DNA of 64,000 bases. Origin: Acidimicrobiales bacterium. Its GTDB lineage: Bacteria > Actinomycetota > Acidimicrobiia > Acidimicrobiales > Aldehydirespiratoraceae. Of the stretch, positions 36,346 through 43,975 are shown piece after piece (positions within the stretch are counted from its first letter, which is position 1; every line of letters starts with the position of its first letter). The stretch is from contig JAJCXZ010000059.1 of NCBI GenBank assembly GCA_029263175.1, positions 17,909-81,908 on the forward strand, given 5' to 3'. A program made the translations under genes and the position numbers. Under the pieces are notes generated by a model. That model did not search any database, was not told the origin of the DNA, and saw only the letters and a program-made list of their open reading frames with translations.

Positions 36346-37364
36346 CCCTCCCCGTCGGCGTCGCGGAAGCGGCCGCCACGGCATGGAGCGACCTCGGCCG
36401 CCCCGGCCGTCAGCTCACCGGTGTGGAGCGGATTGCCGTCGCCACGGCCGCTCGAGAAGCCACACCGCGTCCCGTGTGGGATCGCAACGGCGGACTCGAT
36501 GCTCTGCATGCTGGCATGGGGGATCGCCGCGCCGTCCTCGTGGCCTTGGCCGCCATCTTCGCCACCGAGGCCTCACTCATCGACCGGGAGCTCGTCACCC
36601 GGCTGCAGGCCGAGATCGGCGACACCAGCTACGCCGAGACCGCGGCGATCGTTGCTCAGGTGATCACCGTCGACCAGTTCTGCATCTCGCTCGGCATCGA
36701 TACCGCCACGCTCCCCCCAGCAGAGGCCGGGGAGCCGTCTCGCGAGCGTCCCGAAGGAATGGGTGACGCCGGCGGGCACATCGAGATGACCGTGCCGTTC
36801 CGTGGCCCCAACGTGGCCCGGTCGCTCAGCCTCGCGGCCGAAGATCATCTGCGCTGGCGAGGCCTCGTGCTGTCGATGTACAGCCGTGATGCGTTCGAGG
36901 AGATGGTCTGGACGGATCGGGCGCTCACCCGCCCGCAGGTCGAACTGTTGGCGGCACGCACCAGCTCACTCAACGAGTGTTTCTATTGAACGTCTGCTCA
37001 CGTCACGCTGCTCGGTGCGAGCAGCGCCGCCACCGACGACGAGGTTCAACTCGCCGCCGCCGTTGGCGGCGGCGATGCTGGGGTCGGTCACGGCGACGAG
37101 CTCGCGGCGTTCGCCGAGGCCGCCTGGCGACGAGATGACACCCTCGCCGATGCTCGAGAGGCCCTGCGCCGTGGCGTCGGCGACGATGGCGTGATCGAGG
37201 CCTCGCTGACCGTCGCCATATTCCGATCGCTCAATCTGGCCGCTGATGCCTCGGGTATCCCGCTCGATGAATCGTTCGCCGGTCCGACGCGTGGATTCGC
37301 CGATGCGCTCGGCATCGATCAATACGCAACGGCGAAGAACTCGCCGGACTTCAGCCGCTCCTAG
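36330..37364 (+). CDS. AhpD-like / carboxymuconolactone-decarboxylase-family protein, candidate selenoprotein (TGA 36987-36989 read as Sec)
   Basis: Track ORF 36330..36989 ends ...RPQVELLAARTSSLNECFY at a TGA. The same frame continues for 124 sense codons (TSAHVTLLGASS...GVIEASLTVAIFRSLNLAADASGIPLDE...) to TAG 37362-37364. Joined, it reads E-x11-C-x2-[TGA]-x3-H, the AhpD motif. A SECIS-like hairpin lies 16 nt downstream, and the distal part has no independent start or RBS. Confidence 0.6.
37006..37026 (+). promoter_or_regulatory. SECIS-like hairpin (recoding signal candidate)
   Basis: Perfect 8-bp stem cgctgctc (37006-37013) / gagcagcg (37019-37026) with apical loop GGUGC. It starts 16 nt after the in-frame UGA. 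A possible 4-bp lower stem pairs 37001-37004 with 37035-37038. Confidence 0.5.
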
Positions 37365-37612
37365 CCGCGTGCTGCGATCCGCCGGAGCGGCGGTTCGCTC
37401 TTCGGGGGAACCTTCCTCGGCGGCAGGGAGGCGATGAGGTCGCTGGTCGCTTCGGTGATGATGGCGACCGCGGCCTCGAACGCCGCTTCGGTGGTGGCGG
37501 AGGTTTTTTGCACCCCACTCACCTTCCGACAGTACTGGCGAGCAGCGGCTTCGACTTCTTCGGCGGTGGCGACGGGCTCGAGCCCACGCAGGGTTGTGAT
37601 GTTGCGGCACAT
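37361..37612 (-). CDS. DUF2277-like protein
   Basis: Track ORF. MCRNITTLRGLEPVATAEEVEAAARQYCRKVSG matches the conserved DUF2277 N-terminus. Confidence 0.8.
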   Translation of the reverse strand: MCRNITTLRGLEPVATAEEVEAAARQYCRKVSGVQKTSATTEAAFEAAVAIITEATSDLIASLPPRKVPPKSEPPLRRIAARG

Positions 37613-37641
37613 GTCGCGACCGTAGCCTCGGTGACGCCCTG

Positions 37642-40185
37642 ATGACGCACCTGCAAGACTGTATGACCATGACCAACAGTGGCTTCATGACCCTCACCGC
37701 ACGCAAGCTTCTCATTGCTCTGCTGGCCACCCTTGCGCTGGCCCCACAGCCGGCGTCTGCACAAGACGATGTGGATCCGGCCGCGCTCGAGGCCGTGCTT
37801 GCCGGCGCCGGCCTCACCGTCGACGACGTCGAGGCGCAGGACGCGAACTCCTCGTGGGATGGACTCGGGATGTTCTCCGAGGACACGACCCGGCTCCTCG
37901 GCGCCCTGTCGACCGAATCTGCTGTCGAGACGTATGCGTTTGGCGACAGCAAGGACAATCCGCCGATCATCAACCCGTCCGGTGGTCAACCGACCGGGTC
38001 CGGCACCGCACTACTCACGGTTCCCGGCGACTGGACGGCGCCGGCATCCGGCGTCAACGGCTCCGTGGCGTTCACGCAAACGCCCGGAGCCCAAGTGGCG
38101 CCGGGAGACGAAGTCTTCTTCATGTGGACCGAATTCGACAGTGACTACGACTTCAGCGACCGCACCCTGACGATCAACGAAGGGTTCCCGCTGACCGTGC
38201 CCGGGCTCCCGGTATGGAACTCCACCTTTGCCGGCGACACCTGGGAAGGCGCCAACCTCATCCCCAACGCGACCTTCGACGGAACGACGCTGAACCTCGA
38301 CGTGAAGAGCTACGCGCCGCCACAGTCGTTCCCGCTCGTCGATCTTCCCGGGTTCTACTACCGGTCCGGCAACGTCGTGGGTGTGGCGCTCGGCGCCGAT
38401 GCCCTCCGTGCCTACATCGACGCGGCGGCGAGCGCCGGGGCTGCGGCGACCGATGATGGGCAACCACAGACGCTCCTCTACACCGGCGACGCCAAGGACA
38501 CCAACGCCCAGGACGTCGATGCACTGACCCTCCTCCTGGTGAGGTACTACCTCCACCTTGCCGAGGGCGGGTTCTTCCTGCCCGGGTTCATCGTGTTGAC
38601 GGTTGTTCTCATAGTGGCGATGAATCTTTCGCCGTTCGATCTCGCTTCCCTCATCCTGCAGGACATCTTCTTCTCGGCAACGTCAACCACGTCAACCACG
38701 ACCACCACGACAACCACGACCACGACGACCACGGTGCAACCGGCCGAATCCGAATCAACCGACACCGGCACGGCGACGACACCCACTCCGGTGTCGGTCT
38801 CCACCGGTGGCGGGCTCGGGGTCTGGTGGATCTTTGTTCTTCTGCTCGGGATCATCCTGGTCTTGCTCGGCCTGCTGCTGGTACTGCGCCGCCGTCGCCC
38901 GCCCGAAGAGGTCTACATTTTGCCGCCCGACGGCCCGCCGGGATACCCCGAGCCGGAGGACGAAGACGACGACCCCCGTGATGTTTCGCCGCCGACGATC
39001 TTCGGTGAGGAGATCCTCCCCCGCACGATTTGTGGCTGGGAGGTCAAGTTCAACGACGGCGGCAACTGGGTCGACGTGAAATCACTCAACCCGGGCGAAG
39101 CTCCGTGCTGCGTCTACAACATCGAGGTCGAAACCAGGACCCTCTTCCACGACGCAGTGGCCTCGTTCCGCCAGGACGTCCAGCCGGAGCGCCTCTACAT
39201 CCCCGCCCTCGAGAGTCGAACCAACGGTCTGAACTGGTTCTCGGCATCGGGCACCCGAAGCGGCCCGTTCGGACGCCAGGACTGGCAGCATGGCAACGGC
39301 AATCCGATCGACCAGAGCCAGGTCGAGGCTCCCTCCGCCTACTGGCAACAGGGACAGGGCGAGGAGCGCCCTGAGGTCACCGCCCAGATGGCCCATATCG
39401 AGGTGAGCCGGGTCACCGCGTGGCTCGACTCTGGATGCCCGGGCCACGCCAACACGTTCAACACCAGCAGCCATGCCGAAGTGAACGTCATGGCCACCCA
39501 CGAGTGCTCGAATGACAATCCTGGTCCGGCCTGTCCCGTCGAGCTCAACGCCTATGGCGGGTTCGTCGGCCTGGCGTTCGGCGATCAACAGCTGAGCTTC
39601 GGTGATGCCATCGGCACCGACTTCGACGAACTCGAGCGGTGGGCCCGGGACTACGCCGAGCTCACCCCCGAGCAGCGCGAGCAGGCTCCCCCACCGCCGC
39701 TTTCGGCGATCGGCACCTGGGACGGTCACGACCACGATGTTCGCGATCGCATGACCTACGAGAGCGCTAACGGCGACGCCGAGCATCCGCTGAAGGACGG
39801 CGACTTCTGGGAGGCATTCATCATCACGATGTCGGTCCACTTGGCCGGCCAGCTGGTGCCGGTCGCGGTGTGGCCGACGACCGAGCGTGTCTCCACCTGG
39901 ATCGAGGCCGGATTCGATTGGGGAATCAAGCTGTCGGCCACGATGGAGAAGGAGCCATGTGACGCGGCCGGTGAATGCACCGGACATCCGGGCCGCCAGT
40001 GCCATGATCAGCCCGGCTTCACGCTCAACTTGTCGGCGAGCGACAACTCGATCCAGGCCGGCGGCAAAACGAAGAACATCGAGAGGCCCAGTCCGCCGAG
40101 CCCGGACGGGCTGACAATCCCCCGTATCAACCACCTGTGGGAGGTCGACGGGCGCCCGCCGATCGGGCTGCCGGGAATGCCCTAG
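37642..40185 (+). CDS. large secreted/membrane protein of unknown function (signal peptide, ecto-domain, poly-Thr linker, TM, Cys/His-rich C-terminal domain)
   Basis: Track ORF. The signal-like segment LLIALLATLALAPQPASAQDD suggests the start may be an inner ATG at about 37687. It has a TM helix LGVWWIFVLLLGIILVLLGLLLVLRRRR followed by about 440 aa with no motif I recognise. Confidence 0.7.
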   Translation: MTHLQDCMTMTNSGFMTLTARKLLIALLATLALAPQPASAQDDVDPAALEAVLAGAGLTVDDVEAQDANSSWDGLGMFSEDTTRLLGALSTESAVETYAFGDSKDNPPIINPSGGQPTGSGTALLTVPGDWTAPASGVNGSVAFTQTPGAQVAPGDEVFFMWTEFDSDYDFSDRTLTINEGFPLTVPGLPVWNSTFAGDTWEGANLIPNATFDGTTLNLDVKSYAPPQSFPLVDLPGFYYRSGNVVGVALGADALRAYIDAAASAGAAATDDGQPQTLLYTGDAKDTNAQDVDALTLLLVRYYLHLAEGGFFLPGFIVLTVVLIVAMNLSPFDLASLILQDIFFSATSTTSTTTTTTTTTTTTTVQPAESESTDTGTATTPTPVSVSTGGGLGVWWIFVLLLGIILVLLGLLLVLRRRRPPEEVYILPPDGPPGYPEPEDEDDDPRDVSPPTIFGEEILPRTICGWEVKFNDGGNWVDVKSLNPGEAPCCVYNIEVETRTLFHDAVASFRQDVQPERLYIPALESRTNGLNWFSASGTRSGPFGRQDWQHGNGNPIDQSQVEAPSAYWQQGQGEERPEVTAQMAHIEVSRVTAWLDSGCPGHANTFNTSSHAEVNVMATHECSNDNPGPACPVELNAYGGFVGLAFGDQQLSFGDAIGTDFDELERWARDYAELTPEQREQAPPPPLSAIGTWDGHDHDVRDRMTYESANGDAEHPLKDGDFWEAFIITMSVHLAGQLVPVAVWPTTERVSTWIEAGFDWGIKLSATMEKEPCDAAGECTGHPGRQCHDQPGFTLNLSASDNSIQAGGKTKNIERPSPPSPDGLTIPRINHLWEVDGRPPIGLPGMP
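38680..38733 (+). repeat. Thr/Ser codon tract (18 codons)
   Basis: The DNA acgtcaaccacgtcaaccacgaccaccacgacaaccacgaccacgacgaccacg encodes TSTTSTTTTTTTTTTTTT. Confidence 0.9.
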
Positions 40186-40187
40186 GT

Positions 40188-42971
40188 TCAGGCGCCGGTG
40201 AGGATCTTGAGAATGGCGACACCGTGCTTCTCGATCTTCACCGGTCCGATGCCTTTCACTCGCAGAAGTTCGGCGTCGTCGGTCGGTCGTCGAGCGATGA
40301 GATCGTCGAGCGTGGCATCGTTGAAGATGACGTAGGCCGGTACTCCGCCGGCCGATGCCTCCGCAGACCGGTAGGTGCGCAGGGCTTCTCGAAGTGCGGT
40401 GTCGTCGGCGCTCAGCGGGGCTACGGCGGGCTTGGCTCGATCGCGCCGCGGGGGTGATGGCGGCGTCGGCGGCGCGGCGGCCGGATCAACGGGTCGGGTG
40501 AGCTCGGCGATGAACGGCGATGGGGGAGTGCCGCTCACGATCGTGAGCGACTCGCTACAGCGGGTCACCGCCACGTGGAAGACCCGGCGCTCCTCTTCAC
40601 GGTCGACGGCCAACCGGTGCGGGAACAGGTCGGCGCCTGCCTCGTGGATGATCACATGGGGCCATTCCCGCCCCTTGACCCGATGCACGGTGGACAAGCG
40701 CACGCCGCCCGGGTCGGCTTTGCGGTGCTGAAGCCGCTGCAGGAGCCAGGCCGGGAACGCCTCGGGGTCGGGCTGATGGCGGGCCACCGCGAGGAGCGCG
40801 GCCAGGTCATCGCTGTGCGCGGATCGGTCGACGCTGCGGCGGCTGGCATCGAGGCGTTGCTCAAGAGCGGCACCGAGGCCCAATTCGTCTCGAACGAACA
40901 GCAGGACCTGCTCGGTGGTGCCGTCATCGTCGACCAGTTGGCGCAGACGCATCAGATCAGCGACGAAGTCGGTGACCTTGATCTGGTCGCGCTCCTCTCG
41001 CAGATATTCGGCCAACCGCATCAGATCTTTCGGGCTCGACCGCTCGCTCATCCACTCGATCACCCGCGCGCTCAGCCCTCGAGGTGGTCGACGAGCCGCG
41101 CTGAGCATCTCGTGGCCGGGAAGAGCTCGTTCCGGGGCCGTGGCGAGTCGGAGCCACGCCAGCGCGCCGGCCACCCCGGTGCGCTGAGTGAAGGCGTCGT
41201 CGATGATCGCGGTTGTGCCGACCCCCGACTCTTCGAGTGTGAGCATCGGGCCGAGCAGGGTGGAGTTGACCCGGGTGAGGACGGCGATGTCTCGCGGCGA
41301 AACGCCGTCGCCAAGCAAGGCGGCGACCCGGTCGTAGGTCGCGGCGACGGCGTCGGGCTCCTGGCGAATGAGCACCGCGTCGTCTACCCCGCCATCAGCG
41401 GTTTCGGCCGGCCGGATCTTCTTCAGGATCCTGGTGCGGTTGTGGCTCAGCAGGCTTGTGGCGGCATCGACCACCGGTGCCGGACAGCGATAGTTGACCT
41501 CGAGATCGTGGGCCGTGGCTGACCAGAACAGCTCATCGAAGTCGATCAGCCATGCCGGCGACGCTCCGGAGTAGCCGTAGATCGTCTGGTCATCGTCGCC
41601 GACGGCGAAGACGTGGGCTGCCGGCCCCGCGAGGAGGCGGATGAGCAGTACGTGAGCGGGAGTGAGATCCTGGAACTCGTCGACGAGGAGAACTTGACAG
41701 GCTCGTCGGGCCGCGTTGCGAGCGGGAACATCGGTGAGCAGAACCTCGATGGCTCCGAGGATCTGCTCGTCGAAGTCAACCGAACCCTGGCGAGCCAGCA
41801 CGTCGCGGTATTGCGGAAGCACGTTGGCGAAGTCGCGAACGTCGCCGCCGAACTCTTGCTCGACCGCGGTGGGTGATCGCAGGCCCAGGCGGCAGGCGCC
41901 GAGCGCTTCGATCCATACCGCCATCGGGTCAGACATGGCCTGGCGTCGCCGGCTGACGAGCTGGTCGAGCACTGAGCGCACCCCCCGCTCGTCGATCACC
42001 CGTGGCCGGCCTCGACCGGAGGGAGCAGCAAACGGGGCCGTGCCGGAGATGATCGCCAGGGCAAGACTGTTGAGCGTGCGGATCTGAAGGCCCGCGAGAT
42101 CTCGGGTTCGTTCCTGCATCTCCTCTCGGGCGCGCACGTTGAACGCGAGCAGGCACACACCCTCCGCGGCGATGCCGCGATCGCGAATGAGATGGCGAGC
42201 TCGCTCGGTGAGCACTCTGGTCTTGCCCGATCCGGCCGGGGCGATGATGCGAGCGGCCCCGCCGGAGTGTGAAACCGCAGCCTCCTGGTCCGGCGCGAGG
42301 TCAGCCATCGACGGCGCCGCACCGAGCGCGGCGAGGCTGCCAACGGCAAGGTTGGCCGCGGGGATGACCGGCGCCTCCAGCACGTCGAGGTCGAGCCAGT
42401 GGAGCTGCCCGCCGTCACACCACATCGGCCCGGCCGGGGTGTCGACATCGCCGGGGCCCTCGGTGGCGACGGTTGCGCCCGCGGCGACGGCAAGATCGAT
42501 GGCGCGGATGGTGGGAGCGTCCGGATTTCTGGCATCAACCGAGTGACCGAGGACGAGGTGACGCAGGAGTTCGCCCCGGAGATCGGTGTCAGGCCCGAGC
42601 ATCCAAAAGTCGGTCTGGAGCACGGGATCGGCCGGTGGGAGTTCGCCCGAGAGCTCGATGACCATTGCCTCGCGCCGTTGCCAGGCTTCGATCAGGCGGT
42701 CGGGAATCAGCGTGTCGGACCCGGTGACTTCGATGCGTTCGGCATCCGCCCACGGTGCGGGCACGGCCTGACCCGGCAGCACGATGAGGGAACGACCGAG
42801 TGAGGGGTGGCCGGCCAGGCGACCCCAGTCGGCAGGGAGGGCGACGACCCTTTCGCGGGCCAGGCGCGATTCGTCGGCAAAGAGCGATTCGTCGGCTGGG
42901 CGGTCGCCGGTGCACGCCCGAACCTCGGCCACGGTGGCGTGGCGATCACCGCAGTGCCCGCAGGCGATCAT
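40188..42971 (-). CDS. UvrD-like superfamily-1 helicase with N-terminal extension and C-terminal HRDC domain
   Basis: Track ORF 40188..43214 trimmed to ATG comp. 42969-42971 (MIACGHCGDRHATVAEVRAC...). Walker A APAGSGKTRVL lies at about residue 335. The C-terminus YVIFNDATLDDLIARRPTDDAELLRVKGIGPVKIEKHG is HRDC-like. The start is uncertain. Confidence 0.85.
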   Translation of the reverse strand: MIACGHCGDRHATVAEVRACTGDRPADESLFADESRLARERVVALPADWGRLAGHPSLGRSLIVLPGQAVPAPWADAERIEVTGSDTLIPDRLIEAWQRREAMVIELSGELPPADPVLQTDFWMLGPDTDLRGELLRHLVLGHSVDARNPDAPTIRAIDLAVAAGATVATEGPGDVDTPAGPMWCDGGQLHWLDLDVLEAPVIPAANLAVGSLAALGAAPSMADLAPDQEAAVSHSGGAARIIAPAGSGKTRVLTERARHLIRDRGIAAEGVCLLAFNVRAREEMQERTRDLAGLQIRTLNSLALAIISGTAPFAAPSGRGRPRVIDERGVRSVLDQLVSRRRQAMSDPMAVWIEALGACRLGLRSPTAVEQEFGGDVRDFANVLPQYRDVLARQGSVDFDEQILGAIEVLLTDVPARNAARRACQVLLVDEFQDLTPAHVLLIRLLAGPAAHVFAVGDDDQTIYGYSGASPAWLIDFDELFWSATAHDLEVNYRCPAPVVDAATSLLSHNRTRILKKIRPAETADGGVDDAVLIRQEPDAVAATYDRVAALLGDGVSPRDIAVLTRVNSTLLGPMLTLEESGVGTTAIIDDAFTQRTGVAGALAWLRLATAPERALPGHEMLSAARRPPRGLSARVIEWMSERSSPKDLMRLAEYLREERDQIKVTDFVADLMRLRQLVDDDGTTEQVLLFVRDELGLGAALEQRLDASRRSVDRSAHSDDLAALLAVARHQPDPEAFPAWLLQRLQHRKADPGGVRLSTVHRVKGREWPHVIIHEAGADLFPHRLAVDREEERRVFHVAVTRCSESLTIVSGTPPSPFIAELTRPVDPAAAPPTPPSPPRRDRAKPAVAPLSADDTALREALRTYRSAEASAGGVPAYVIFNDATLDDLIARRPTDDAELLRVKGIGPVKIEKHGVAILKILTGA

Positions 42972-43040
42972 GGGTTGGTGTCCAGACAAGGCGTCACGGT
43001 CGGCAACATAGGCGACGGGTGTGACAGGTAGGGTCCAGCC

Positions 43041-43286
43041 ATGGCACTCCTTGGATGGCTCGTCATCGGATTTGTGGTCGGAATACTGGCTCGGATCATC
43101 GTTCCCACCGGTCGAACGTACGGCTGCCTTGGCACGATCCTTCTCGGGATCGTTGGGTCCATCGTCGGCGGCACACTTGCTTCGGTCCTGGCCGGGGATG
43201 GTTTCGACGTCCAACCGGCGGGATTCATCGGCTCGGTGATCGGTGCCGTGGCGGTACTCGTCGTGCTGCGGAGCCGCGGCAAGTGA
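43041..43286 (+). CDS. GlsB/YeaQ/YmgE-family small membrane protein
   Basis: Track ORF of 81 aa with Gly-rich TM segments (GWLVIGFVVGILARIIVPTGRTYGCLGTILLGIVGSIVGG). Confidence 0.85.
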   Translation: MALLGWLVIGFVVGILARIIVPTGRTYGCLGTILLGIVGSIVGGTLASVLAGDGFDVQPAGFIGSVIGAVAVLVVLRSRGK

Positions 43287-43975
43287 CGTTCGATGAGGTG
43301 ATGGCGACGCTGGAGTCGCAAGGCACGGAGCAAGCCCGCACGATCTATCGCCGTCATGGGGCCACGGGTCCCGTCTTCGGGGTGAGCTTTGCGGTGATCA
43401 ACAAGCTCGCCAGGAGAATCAAGATCGATCATCCGCTTGCGCTCGAGCTCTGGGCCACCGGAAACCACGATGCGCGGCAGCTGGCGGCGAAGATCGTCGA
43501 TCCCGCAACCCTCACGCTCCGCGCCGCACGCTCATGGCTGAACGGTGCGGATGACTACATGACCGTCGGCGCCGTCGCCGGGGTGGTGGCCGCATCTCCT
43601 CACGCCCGGCGCCTCAGCGACGAATGGCGCGACAAACGCGACGAGTGGACCGCCAGCACCGGATGGCTCATCGTCGCCTTCTCGGCCGAGAATCCTCGCG
43701 TGTTCACGGCCGCCGACCTGACCACACTGCTCGCACAGATCGCTTCGGAGATCCATGATCGCCCCAACCGGGTGCGTCATGAGATGAATCAGGCCGTGAT
43801 CACCATCGCGCTTCGGTCAAAGCCGTTGCAGAAGCGGGCGCTGGCGGCGGCGCGTCGAATCGGTCCGGTGGAGGTTGATCACGGCGAGACTGGCTGCAAG
43901 ACGCCGGAGGCGATCGGCTACATCGAGAAGACGGTGGCGCATCGGGAGCGCAAACTCGCCGCTAGAGAGCGGTGA
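43283..43975 (+). CDS. DNA alkylation repair protein (AlkD-like HEAT-repeat family)
   Basis: Track ORF 43055..43975 trimmed to GTG 43283, a GTGA overlap with the GlsB stop (an alternative is ATG 43301). At 230 aa, TEQARTIYRRHG...VFGVSFAVINKLARRI resembles the DNA_alkylation family. Confidence 0.7.
   Translation: MTFDEVMATLESQGTEQARTIYRRHGATGPVFGVSFAVINKLARRIKIDHPLALELWATGNHDARQLAAKIVDPATLTLRAARSWLNGADDYMTVGAVAGVVAASPHARRLSDEWRDKRDEWTASTGWLIVAFSAENPRVFTAADLTTLLAQIASEIHDRPNRVRHEMNQAVITIALRSKPLQKRALAAARRIGPVEVDHGETGCKTPEAIGYIEKTVAHRERKLAARER

Noticed and set aside
36966-37973. 335-aa minus-strand ORF in the track spanning the distal AhpD-like region, DUF2277 and the start of the large orphan gene
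   Set aside because: It is Arg/Ser/Ala-rich with low-complexity composition and no recognisable motifs. It is antisense to, or overlaps, three better-supported genes. This is a typical shadow ORF of high-GC DNA.
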